Below are positions 23,718 to 32,695 of a DNA stretch of 64,000 bases, piece by piece. Below the pieces are notes generated by a model that was not told the origin of the DNA, searched no databases, and saw only the letters and a program-made list of their open reading frames with translations. Position 1 is the first letter of the stretch. Each line of letters begins with the position of its first letter. The stretch is taken from positions 4,022 to 68,021 of the IMG/VR virus record IMGVR_UViG_3300010396_000048; one strand, 5' to 3'. A program made the translations under genes and the position numbers. This DNA comes from a virus.

Positions 23718-24905
23718 TTACGGTGGCGAAAGGAAGTCGAAGTTCGTGATGCTGATCGTTCCGAGGTCGGACGAGTCGCTACTCGTCCATGTCGGAGCGC
23801 CATTGATGTCGTTGATGAAGATCAACTCGTTACTCGATGCGGTGTCCATCGCGTATGCACCGTAGTGCTGCAGCGCGGTGCAGACGATCGCGGCCTCGCG
23901 GTGCATCGCGGCGCAGTTCACGGATGCCTTCAACCGAATATGCGCGCCGTATGGTGCGGGTGTATCGCTTGGAGGACCATTGTAGGTAAGCCCATCGGTA
24001 CAGTCCGTAGAGCCAGCCGGCGATACGCAGGCGGTCTTGGAGAGCGATCCCTTGGTGGCGTCCCAACACAGTGCGTGTGAGATGACGCCGGCCGTCAGTT
24101 CTTCGGGCCGTACGGCGCAGAGTCCAAGCGCGACGCCAGACGCCGTTGACGTGGCGCCAGTTGGCGGCCGCACGAACGGAGCCGTAAGGTCGACGTGCTG
24201 GTTGTTGTAGGCCGAGAGTGTCGTGCCGCTGACCTTCGTTCCGTACTGCTCGTAGTATTGGCAGGTATCGGTTTGTAGAACGAGCGAGTGCGCGTCGGAC
24301 AAGGGTTCGATGTAGAACGGCGGGCTGAACATCCACGGAATCGGAGAGTACGGGATGTGCCACGCCACCTGCTTATTGACCGTCACCAGCGGCGTAGAAT
24401 TGTTGGCGCTGTTGACCTTCTCGTTCGTCGTCGGTGCGTACGCGCCGAACGAACCGCCGCCCCCGCCCTGGGCCGTTGCCGTAACATAGGCAGCGCTGTT
24501 GGGATCGGGCGAAGCGGAGAAGATGTCGGTCTGCCAAACGTCGCCTGACGGGTACGGACAGCCGAGGAATCCCGCTGGTGTCGGCGTTGCCGTTGGAGTC
24601 GGTGTCGGGGTGGGAGTCGGCGTTGCGGTCGGCACGGGCGTCGGCGTAGCCGTTGGCGAACTCGTTGGCGTCGGAGATGCCGTCGGTGAACTTGTGGGCG
24701 ATGTGGTGGGCGACGTCGTCGGCGACGCGGTTGGAACCGGAGTCGGCGTTCCCGTGGGCATCGGCGTCGGGGTCGGCCGATGCGAGGTGTTGTAGTTCGT
24801 AGCCGGCGTGCAGCAGTTTGGCGGAATTGAGGCGGCCCGACTGAGGCGCCCGAACGCGAGTGCTAAGCAAAGCATCGCGAATGCGGAAAACAATGCACGA
24901 CGCAT
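23718..24905 (-). CDS. Secreted protein with Pro/Thr-rich linker and conserved C-terminal domain
   Basis: Signal peptide, (PT)n tract, W.TDI.SA..DPNS...IE..SD.H...VR.EE...G.I.HAL...G..IRLK...L..YG domain. Confidence 0.8.
   Translation of the reverse strand: MRRALFSAFAMLCLALAFGRLSRAASIPPNCCTPATNYNTSHRPTPTPMPTGTPTPVPTASPTTSPTTSPTSSPTASPTPTSSPTATPTPVPTATPTPTPTPTPTATPTPAGFLGCPYPSGDVWQTDIFSASPDPNSAAYVTATAQGGGGGSFGAYAPTTNEKVNSANNSTPLVTVNKQVAWHIPYSPIPWMFSPPFYIEPLSDAHSLVLQTDTCQYYEQYGTKVSGTTLSAYNNQHVDLTAPFVRPPTGATSTASGVALGLCAVRPEELTAGVISHALCWDATKGSLSKTACVSPAGSTDCTDGLTYNGPPSDTPAPYGAHIRLKASVNCAAMHREAAIVCTALQHYGAYAMDTASSNELIFINDINGAPTWTSSDSSDLGTISITNFDFLSPP
24571..24778. repeat. Low-complexity tract encoding the PTPT/SPT linker
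   Basis: Repeated gtcggc/gttggc hexamers. Confidence 0.8.
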
Positions 24906-26314
24906 TAGTAGCCCATCGCGATCCAGCCGATGTCGCCGGTTCCGGTTGCGTTGACGGTAAAGCCGCCTGCGCTCTTAGAGGTATAGTAAGGGGCCGAAAC
25001 GCCGGCGCTGCCCTTGCACGTCAGAACAATCTCGTAACTCGAACTGCTGAAGAAATTTGCCCCGCCAGAGCCGGCAAACGTGACGTCCACGGGGGCGCCG
25101 CTGGTAATCGTGACCGTCCCCTTTTTGACCCGAAGTGGTTGCGTTGGATTCAGGAATCCGCCGTTGTCCTGATCTTCTTCGATAATTCCTGGTGGCGCGC
25201 ACGAGTTGATCGTCGAGCCGGGCAGCAGCGTCGAGCCCAAAAGCGATGGTCCGCCCTGCGCGATGCCAATGAGCGTGCATTGCAGTTGCGTCGCCGAGTT
25301 CTGATTGGTAACCAGGAAGTACGCGCCCTTGCCGTGCACTCGGCCGGTAATCAAACCGTACGATCCTGGCGTATATTGCCCGGTGCTAGACATGTCGATC
25401 GTGAACGAATCCCCGATATTAGCGGGAATGTCAGTGACCGTCATCGAGCACACGACCGGAGCAATACCGGCCGGAACGACCAACGCACCGATCGGCATAG
25501 TTCCGCTGCCATTGATCGCCGTATTCAGGTTTTCAACCGTCAACGTGTTAGCGTTGCCGTCAACTCCGCCAGATACGATTTGCGCGAGGAACCCATTGTC
25601 CGAGTGTGGGCCGACAATGTAGGCGAGATCGAGTTCTTTCCATACCGACGTATCGTTCACGTTGACCGTGACCTGCGAACCTTCGGCTGGAACCGTGGTG
25701 CTGGTAGTCGTTACCGTGAACGCGTTAGGATTCATGTACGGGAACTGCACGTCGATGTCGCCGTCCACGATCGACGTCGCACTGTCCGGTACGTTTACGT
25801 ACGCGAAAACCTCCCAACCGGTCGGAATGGTCGGATTGCCGCCGCCATCCGGGCCCTCGACGTATTGGAACGCGAGCCCTTGGATGACGATGGGGATGTC
25901 TTGCGTCGGAGTGCTGCCGCCGGGTTGCTCAACTTTGCGGGAGGCCGTATCGACTTGCGGATAGTCCGGTTGGCAGCAAATCGCGTCGACGCGCGTCTCG
26001 CCGGTCGAGTTCGCCGGCACCGTGAGCGTGACTTGGGTTCCCGGCGGATCGCCAACGGACGCGCAGAGCAATCCCTGACACAACGTCCACTGCGGATGGT
26101 CCGTATCCGGTCCACCGATATTGATCTCGAGGACACCGCTGACGGGAGCCGCCTGCACCGGTTGAATCGGCGGCAGTGCGTTCGTCACGCCCTGTTGCAG
26201 GGCAAGACCGATGCTCGACATCGACTCCGTTAAGGAGACGAGCTGGTTCCAATCCTCAAAGGAAATCTGCGTGCCCATGATCGGTTGGAGCACGGCTGGA
26301 GCGATCAGCTTCAC
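24905..26314 (-). CDS. Tail fibre protein
   Basis: Directly downstream of baseplate wedge genes; beta-rich, two internal repeats, C-terminal lectin-like end (GWIAMGY). Confidence 0.75.
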   Translation of the reverse strand: MKLIAPAVLQPIMGTQISFEDWNQLVSLTESMSSIGLALQQGVTNALPPIQPVQAAPVSGVLEINIGGPDTDHPQWTLCQGLLCASVGDPPGTQVTLTVPANSTGETRVDAICCQPDYPQVDTASRKVEQPGGSTPTQDIPIVIQGLAFQYVEGPDGGGNPTIPTGWEVFAYVNVPDSATSIVDGDIDVQFPYMNPNAFTVTTTSTTVPAEGSQVTVNVNDTSVWKELDLAYIVGPHSDNGFLAQIVSGGVDGNANTLTVENLNTAINGSGTMPIGALVVPAGIAPVVCSMTVTDIPANIGDSFTIDMSSTGQYTPGSYGLITGRVHGKGAYFLVTNQNSATQLQCTLIGIAQGGPSLLGSTLLPGSTINSCAPPGIIEEDQDNGGFLNPTQPLRVKKGTVTITSGAPVDVTFAGSGGANFFSSSSYEIVLTCKGSAGVSAPYYTSKSAGGFTVNATGTGDIGWIAMGY

Positions 26315-26322
26315 GGGATCTC

Positions 26323-27354
26323 CTATGAAGTAGCGAGGAACGTGGTCAAGTAAATCGGCTTGGTGCCCTCGGCTTTAACGAAGTTCACCAACTCGCCAAG
26401 ACGCGGGTCGGGAGGCGTCGTCGACGCGTTCCAATTGTTGATGTCGATCAGGAATGAGTCGTAGTCGACGTACCCGTAGTCGAGATACCACGCGCGCAGC
26501 GCCGGTAAATTGAAACCGGCCTGAATGACGAACCAGCCAACGCCAAAGCGTTTGGATATTTTGTAGAGCGCATCGAGGTCGGGGCGCGAGTGGTGATCCC
26601 ACACGGAGATCGACGGCAGCGATCCGCCGCCGGCCGTCGATAGGTCGAAGGCTCCGACCGGAGCATCGAACGCTCCAAACGGGGCATCGAACGCGAGGGC
26701 GCCGCCGGCCGACGTTTCCACGGCCGTGTAAAAGGCCAAGACCATTGCGTAGATCGAAGCGAGCGTCGTCTTTGGATTGGCGAGCGCCGCATAGATGCGG
26801 TTCTTGAACGATTGATCGCTCTCGCCGGTAAACCGCGGAACGTACTGGCCAAGGAAATCGAAAGCCCAGGTATCGACGTCGCCGCCGGCCGACGATTGGA
26901 GCCGCGCGGCTTGCAAGCGGTCTTGCGTGGAACTATCGAAGAATTGCAGCATCGCGCCCATGGCGCGCGCCATCGCCCAGGCGATACCACCGCCGGGCTG
27001 CAAATACTGATCGCCCCACCACGATACGCCCTTGGGCAGCAGACGCTGTGTAATGAGCGAAGCGTAGTTGTCAGTCGTCAGTGACGGCGCCCGGTACGGC
27101 AAGCAGTCGACAACGGTCGGATTAGTTCCGTCCCCGGTGAACTCTTGGGCCGTGGCCGGGCCCTGTCGTCCGGTAAAGAATGCGACGTAGCTTTGGCCGT
27201 CAACGGCAAAAAGGTTGGGGCACAGACCGCCGGATTGCGTCCAATCGGTGCCGATCAGATTGGCATCTGACGGTGGCACGCCTTCAGGGTAGAGTTTCAC
27301 CTCTACGCCTGCGGCCATTGGGTTGCCGTCCTCGTCGAGAAAGAGCAACGCCAT
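26323..27354 (-). CDS. Baseplate wedge protein (P2 gpI-like)
   Basis: ARLQS..G..VD.WA.DF.G....RF.GESD.SF..RI motif; follows baseplate J. Confidence 0.75.
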   Translation of the reverse strand: MALLFLDEDGNPMAAGVEVKLYPEGVPPSDANLIGTDWTQSGGLCPNLFAVDGQSYVAFFTGRQGPATAQEFTGDGTNPTVVDCLPYRAPSLTTDNYASLITQRLLPKGVSWWGDQYLQPGGGIAWAMARAMGAMLQFFDSSTQDRLQAARLQSSAGGDVDTWAFDFLGQYVPRFTGESDQSFKNRIYAALANPKTTLASIYAMVLAFYTAVETSAGGALAFDAPFGAFDAPVGAFDLSTAGGGSLPSISVWDHHSRPDLDALYKISKRFGVGWFVIQAGFNLPALRAWYLDYGYVDYDSFLIDINNWNASTTPPDPRLGELVNFVKAEGTKPIYLTTFLATS

Positions 27355-27357
27355 AAA

Positions 27358-28569
27358 CTAGCCCACCGTGAAGTTTGGAGATCCTGCGATGAACTGATTG
27401 CCGAATGGCAGCGAGAGATCGACGCTCGAACCGTTCAGTGTGAGACCCTTGACATCGAAGATGCAGGGGACGCCGTTGATCGTCGCGCCCAAGAGTGCTG
27501 CGTAGCAACGCGCGATTGAACAAATCGTTGGCGACGTATCGGCGTTCAAGCCGATCGCGTTAACAAACGTCTGATACGCGAGATTCGCAGCGGCAATGAC
27601 CGCAGTCGGTTGGTTCGCGAACTGTGGCGTCGGCACGAGCACGGCAGAGCCGGCGACGGCTTCCACCGCAGGACCGAGAACTTGATAGTCGATGCCGGCC
27701 GACCGCACGGCTTCGATCGCAGCTTCCGTATCGACGATGAGACCGCTCGGAGCGGCTGCTCCGGTGTTGGCCAGATTGACGATGAACGTGAAATACGCAT
27801 CGTGCTCGGTGAGATCGAGGTCGACGCGATCGCCCATCGAGTAGATGATGCCGGCCTGCCCGGCGAGCACCGCGGCGATGATGGCATTCGCCGTGCCAAC
27901 GCGGCCGCTCGAGACGGTGATTGTAAAGCGGGTCTTGTAGGCCGCATCGCTCTCGGCGGATTGGGCCGAATCGAAAGCGTCGGCGTTCGTGATCGAGTTG
28001 ACCGACGGCGGAAGTGGACCACCGATGCCGGTAGCCGTAAAGACGGTGCCGGCGAGCACGTTTCCGACGATGCCGGGCGTGAGGCAGACCACCGGAACGT
28101 CGACGCTCGACTGCCCCGAGGGGATGTCGTAGCCGCCAGTGTCTGGGTCGTAGCCGGCGCCGCCGGGCTGAATCTGGAATTGGACGCCCAGGGGGGTCGA
28201 GAGAATGGCACCTGCCGGGACGGTGATCTGCTGCGAGCCGGGCGACGGCGTCGAACAGGTGACCGTACCGTCAGCGAAGGTTGCCGGAAGGCGCGGGACG
28301 CCGAATGGGGCGCAAAACGAGTCGACGTCGGGATTGGGCTGGCCGTTCGACAGCGCACGGATGCTTGCTAGGCGCTCGATCGAGAGAACGTAGAGGATCT
28401 CGTTTTGGATCAGCGTGCCGCCGAAGGCGCCGGCTTGGAAATATCCGCCAAGTGCTGAGCCGGCGTCCGTATTGGGCGCCTTGACGCCGTTCTTACCGAC
28501 CAGGGAGGCGAAGTTGGTCGCCATCAATTGGGCGAGGTCGGCCTGACTAATCGGCGTGAATCCGGACAC
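27358..28569 (-). CDS. Baseplate J-like protein
   Basis: FGVPRLPAT.A.G.V, PG..GNV, ESDAAY..RF motifs; start GTG 28569 (ORF open to 28611). Confidence 0.88.
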   Translation of the reverse strand: MSGFTPISQADLAQLMATNFASLVGKNGVKAPNTDAGSALGGYFQAGAFGGTLIQNEILYVLSIERLASIRALSNGQPNPDVDSFCAPFGVPRLPATFADGTVTCSTPSPGSQQITVPAGAILSTPLGVQFQIQPGGAGYDPDTGGYDIPSGQSSVDVPVVCLTPGIVGNVLAGTVFTATGIGGPLPPSVNSITNADAFDSAQSAESDAAYKTRFTITVSSGRVGTANAIIAAVLAGQAGIIYSMGDRVDLDLTEHDAYFTFIVNLANTGAAAPSGLIVDTEAAIEAVRSAGIDYQVLGPAVEAVAGSAVLVPTPQFANQPTAVIAAANLAYQTFVNAIGLNADTSPTICSIARCYAALLGATINGVPCIFDVKGLTLNGSSVDLSLPFGNQFIAGSPNFTVG

Positions 28570-28625
28570 GAAGGACCCCCCTGCGAAATAGGTAGCCGAA
28601 CCCGCTCCCAATGGGGCGGGAAGTG

Positions 28626-28640
28626 TGGTAGGATGCCTGC
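28626..28640 (+). promoter_or_regulatory. Extended -10 promoter for moron gene
   Basis: TGG-TAGGAT-N6-GTG (leaderless). Confidence 0.55.
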
Positions 28641-29003
28641 GTGCTACGGATGCGCGTCGCTCGGGTAAGCCGCTGGGCCCAGCCCTTCGTCGACGCCGAG
28701 GACGACGAACCGATCAATGTCACGCCCGGACGCCATCAACCGCGTCGACCGCGTTCGGATAGCGCGCTCCGCGACCGAATCGACGCTTTCCACGACGAGC
28801 AAGCCGCTAAAGCCCAACGGCTATCGCGCTGCTCGCTTCAGGGGTGGGCGTTGTCTGCGCTGTTTTTCGCGTTCACGTACTCAACGCTGCCGGGACCGCA
28901 CGTTTTGGGATACTTCCTCGGATCGCTGAGCGGTGGGCTCGCGCTCTATGCGTGGTTCCAAGGCAAGCTCGCGCGCGAGTTCAGCCGCATGGAAGTCGAC
29001 TAG
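28641..29003 (+). CDS. Moron membrane protein (2 TM), antisense to the baseplate operon
   Basis: Only plausible ORF in the gap; two TM helices; own promoter. Confidence 0.65.
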   Translation: MLRMRVARVSRWAQPFVDAEDDEPINVTPGRHQPRRPRSDSALRDRIDAFHDEQAAKAQRLSRCSLQGWALSALFFAFTYSTLPGPHVLGYFLGSLSGGLALYAWFQGKLAREFSRMEVD

Positions 29004-29422
29004 CTCGGAAGCGAGAACTGCACCGTCTGGCCCTGCACCGTCTTTGCCGTGATTTGCACGCTCACGGTCGATGTATTGACCAGCGTCACGACGACCTGGG
29101 GCGCAGGATTCTGCACGATCGTCGGGTCCATTGAAAGACCCTTGAGAATGCGCGCCTGAAGATCGGCGATGAACGCCTGCGTTACCGGCTGGTCGACGAG
29201 CGCGGGTTCGCTCGCACCATAGTCGGGATGAAAGAGATCACCCGGCGTCGAGATTGGGTTACCGGCCGGATCGACAATGCGCGCGTTGGTCGTCAGTAGA
29301 CGGCAAATGCGCTGAATCGTCGCGGGAGCACTGTCGGCATCGTCCACCGCAAGCAGCAGGTCGCCGTTGTCGGTTTGAATGAAGTCGCCGCCCGGAGCGA
29401 GCCAGATTTCCGTTGCGCTCAC
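29000..29422 (-). CDS. Baseplate wedge subunit (gp25/gpW-like)
   Basis: GDL.L...IQRI...L.T....GDLFHPDYGA; position before J. Confidence 0.75.
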   Translation of the reverse strand: MSATEIWLAPGGDFIQTDNGDLLLAVDDADSAPATIQRICRLLTTNARIVDPAGNPISTPGDLFHPDYGASEPALVDQPVTQAFIADLQARILKGLSMDPTIVQNPAPQVVVTLVNTSTVSVQITAKTVQGQTVQFSLPS

Positions 29423-29431
29423 AGCGACTCC

Positions 29432-30334
29432 TTACGATCCGGTAGCAATGCGAACGATCGAAGAACCTTCAGGCGTCTCTAACGAGGCGACCGATGAGGT
29501 GATGTCCTCGAAAGACAGGGACGGCAGTCCGGCTTGAATGCCTGCAAGCCATTCCGTCGCGTTGGTCATGCTGGCTGCAATCGCCGCCTTGGCCATCTGT
29601 TGCGCGACGTTACCGACCATCGTTCGGATGTTCGTGGCGAATGTTTCGAGGATGTCCTTATTGATGGCCGCGGTGCTACTATCGAGCGAACCGGCGAGCC
29701 CGCCAAGATTTAGAAGCGGAGCCGAACGGCTTAAGTTCGGAACGATTGAGATTGCGTTTCGGACGTCGTCGAAAATCTGCGTCTGGCCACCAGCGGTGAC
29801 CGTTTCCACGACCTGCGCGGTGTCGTCGATCGTGTGGCGCGCACCGGAAGCCGTTTGCGATTGGGTGAGCGCACCGGTTCCACCGACGAGCGTACCGCCA
29901 AGACCGTCGCCGGCTGTGGCCGCGTCGTTTTGCAGGCGCACGGCAGCGTCCCATTGCGGCGATTCCGGCAATGTACCGACTTTGCGATGCTGAATCCACC
30001 GCTCGCCGGCCGGAACGGGTGAGGTATCATCCGGCCCGTGATAGAGCCAGCAGTTCCAGCCGCCTTCGGTCTCCCAAATCAGCGCGCGTTCACCGCCCAC
30101 CGGGGCGTATTGGTCCCCGATCGCGGGAGAGATCATACGGCATACGGGCATTAACGGTTGGTTGCCATCCGCGAAGAACGCGTTCTCAAATCCGAGCGTA
30201 CTGCCAATAAAGACCTGGCAAACACCCTCACTGGCAATCCACGAACCCGGTAGCACCCAGCCTTCGACGGCGTCGTCGGGCGGCCGGAACGCGGCGACTG
30301 CGGACTGCAGCGCAATATCATCCAGGCGCCCCAT
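29432..30334 (-). CDS. Baseplate spike (gpV-like)
   Basis: N-terminal OB-like AP..GE motif, beta-repeat middle; position after hub. Confidence 0.65.
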   Translation of the reverse strand: MGRLDDIALQSAVAAFRPPDDAVEGWVLPGSWIASEGVCQVFIGSTLGFENAFFADGNQPLMPVCRMISPAIGDQYAPVGGERALIWETEGGWNCWLYHGPDDTSPVPAGERWIQHRKVGTLPESPQWDAAVRLQNDAATAGDGLGGTLVGGTGALTQSQTASGARHTIDDTAQVVETVTAGGQTQIFDDVRNAISIVPNLSRSAPLLNLGGLAGSLDSSTAAINKDILETFATNIRTMVGNVAQQMAKAAIAASMTNATEWLAGIQAGLPSLSFEDITSSVASLETPEGSSIVRIATGS

Positions 30335-30335
30335 G

Positions 30336-31724
30336 TCAGACCGCTCCCTGCGGCAATTCGTGATTCACCGCGTCGATCTCCCAAAAGAAGCCAGTCTTTG
30401 TATCGAACGTCTCGACGATCTCGCGGGGCCAGAAATACGAAAAAGGCTCGTTGAACAGCGCCCACGGATGCCCGCTCAGCACGATCTTCGCCGTGACATC
30501 CATCACCTTGAGGTCTGCTGGCGTTACTGGTGCACGTAGCTTAATGGCGTATTCGTGCATCGAGATTTGGCGCCAAATCTGCTGCGCGATTACTTCGCAC
30601 TGAGCAAGCGTCTTGTTTTTGACGAAGAAAATATGCTTTTGGATGCCCGATTCCGACTCGGAACCCGTGCCACCATTCGCTCCGCCGCCGCTGCTCGTGC
30701 TCTCGCTCGTCGTCACGGTTCCGTTCGACGAAATCGTGGTGATAATACTGGAGGTCGTTCCAAAGATCGGGGTCGAGCTGGTCTGCCGCGTGTACGATGA
30801 CGTCTTGATGCCGCCATTGAGGTCTGTTTGCACGCGCGTCACGCTGCCGGTACGCGTCCTGGGCGTGTACGAGTGGACTTCGACCCGAACGTTCTTTGAG
30901 AACTGCGGGGAATGGGTCGACGCGAGGCCCTTACAGTTCGAGCCCCATTGATAGTAGACTTTCGCGCGTTGCCCATTGGGATTGCCGACGAGCGATGCGG
31001 CCTCGTAGTGGATCGTTCCGGTACGATCGACCCAGATGTCGACGTCGTCCATAAGCGCGCACTGCAGCATCAAATCCCAGATATACCAGCCCTTCACGCC
31101 GGTGATGAACTCGCTGCCGAGAACGTCGATCATGAGAAACGGCGGGTTGGCGAGCTTGGGCGGAGCGAGCTTCAACCCGAAACGCGCGGCCTGCTGCTGA
31201 ATGAACGCAATTGTGGTAACGGAATCTTCGCGCGGGAATGGGGTAACGATCTTCGTCGATGTCAACGGAAACGCTAGCGATCGACAACTGAAGGTCGTCT
31301 GGTTTTCCTCGAGCACGCCCGAGTACATGTCCACGCAGCCGCGAAAACGCAGGTACAGCCCGTCGAGGCTCTTTTGCGAGACGCCAGCGAGGTTGGTCGG
31401 GAAACCGGCCCAAATCTCGGCGACCACGGGCTGACCAGCGTTACCGGCTTCGTCAGAACGCTGAATACTGACGGTCCAATCGGGATAGAGGCTCGAGAGC
31501 CCACCGCCGGAGATGCCAGCAAAGTTCGCCTTACCATCGATCGGGAGCGTGATCGTCGCTTCGTCCGTCGCGCCGTGCGCGTTTTGGGTGTACGTGTAGG
31601 ACTTTGGGAAGTAAATGTTGCCGTCGATCTTGACCAGGCACCGCGGAGCCTGCCGGAGATATACCGGCTTCCAGACGACTTTATTTAGAGGTGCCTGATA
31701 GCCCGGCGATGGCGAGGTATTCAT
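30336..31724 (-). CDS. Baseplate hub (gpD/Mu gp44-like)
   Basis: Size, position; RF.G.VD, W.L....A..DD..WVD..G. Confidence 0.7.
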   Translation of the reverse strand: MNTSPSPGYQAPLNKVVWKPVYLRQAPRCLVKIDGNIYFPKSYTYTQNAHGATDEATITLPIDGKANFAGISGGGLSSLYPDWTVSIQRSDEAGNAGQPVVAEIWAGFPTNLAGVSQKSLDGLYLRFRGCVDMYSGVLEENQTTFSCRSLAFPLTSTKIVTPFPREDSVTTIAFIQQQAARFGLKLAPPKLANPPFLMIDVLGSEFITGVKGWYIWDLMLQCALMDDVDIWVDRTGTIHYEAASLVGNPNGQRAKVYYQWGSNCKGLASTHSPQFSKNVRVEVHSYTPRTRTGSVTRVQTDLNGGIKTSSYTRQTSSTPIFGTTSSIITTISSNGTVTTSESTSSGGGANGGTGSESESGIQKHIFFVKNKTLAQCEVIAQQIWRQISMHEYAIKLRAPVTPADLKVMDVTAKIVLSGHPWALFNEPFSYFWPREIVETFDTKTGFFWEIDAVNHELPQGAV

Positions 31725-32687
31725 CTACGGTCCCTGTTGCGGCGGTGGAATCGCGACGCTCGTTTGCAACCCAGTCGGGAGAATCGGATACACCAGGCTG
31801 TTGGCAGCGGCGATCGCAAAGCATTGCGTGATGTCGCCGTACTCAAGCGCAGCCACTTCAAAGAGGTCTCCGCCGTCGAATGGTACAGTCTTTTGTACCA
31901 TCCCGGCCTGGACGTTCGAATAGATGCCCTGCAACGAGGACAGCAATCCAACCGTGTTGGGATACTGCGAATCGGTTGGGGCAATCGAGCCCTGATACGT
32001 CTGCACCGCATTCATCGCGAGTTGCGCCGCGGTAAGGATCTCCGCACCGTATTGTACGATGTTCTGCGACAGCGGCGAAGCGTCCGAAAGCAGTTCCCAC
32101 AGGTCTATGAGGTATTGGGCATAGACTTGGTTACCGGTTTGGTCCGGCACGGTACTCGCGAACTGCTCGGCCTGCTGAACGCCGTTCTGCTGAACGATCG
32201 CCTGCGACTGCAGTTGCGTCACGGCCTGGTCGATCGATTGACCTTGCGACACCGTTAAGGCGCCGTTGAGGTCTTGGATGACGACGAGCGTAATCGTGTA
32301 CTCGTTGCGGCCGCCCATGTAGCCTGGATCGAAGGACTTGATCTGAACGCTGTAGCGCTCGTTCCACCACGTTAGCGGAATCTCGGCACTATTGACCTGG
32401 TAGAGCCGAATCTGTTGAACGCGCGGCCAGATGTTCGGTCCGTACAAACGGCCGTTCCAGGTGACCTCGTGCGCGGAGTTCCCGAAGTCATCGATGACGC
32501 GGCCACCGCCCGGCATATCGTCAACGACGAGCATTTGCTCACTCGAGCCGATGTTCCACTTGTCGGGCAATTCTTCGGTGGAAAACAGGATGCCGCCGAG
32601 GTTGACGGGGTACTTCCCCGGCCGGATCACCATCTGCGGTGATTGCGGCGCATCCTGTGGGGGCGATGGCAACTGTACGACGGACAC
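31725..32687 (-). CDS. Tail tube initiator / Mu gp43-like with LysM-like (gpX) C-terminus
   Basis: PGG.R.ID..G; GDLFEVAA.EYGD.....IA.AN.L. Confidence 0.7.
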   Translation of the reverse strand: MSVVQLPSPPQDAPQSPQMVIRPGKYPVNLGGILFSTEELPDKWNIGSSEQMLVVDDMPGGGRVIDDFGNSAHEVTWNGRLYGPNIWPRVQQIRLYQVNSAEIPLTWWNERYSVQIKSFDPGYMGGRNEYTITLVVIQDLNGALTVSQGQSIDQAVTQLQSQAIVQQNGVQQAEQFASTVPDQTGNQVYAQYLIDLWELLSDASPLSQNIVQYGAEILTAAQLAMNAVQTYQGSIAPTDSQYPNTVGLLSSLQGIYSNVQAGMVQKTVPFDGGDLFEVAALEYGDITQCFAIAAANSLVYPILPTGLQTSVAIPPPQQGP

Positions 32688-32695
32688 GATGCCCC

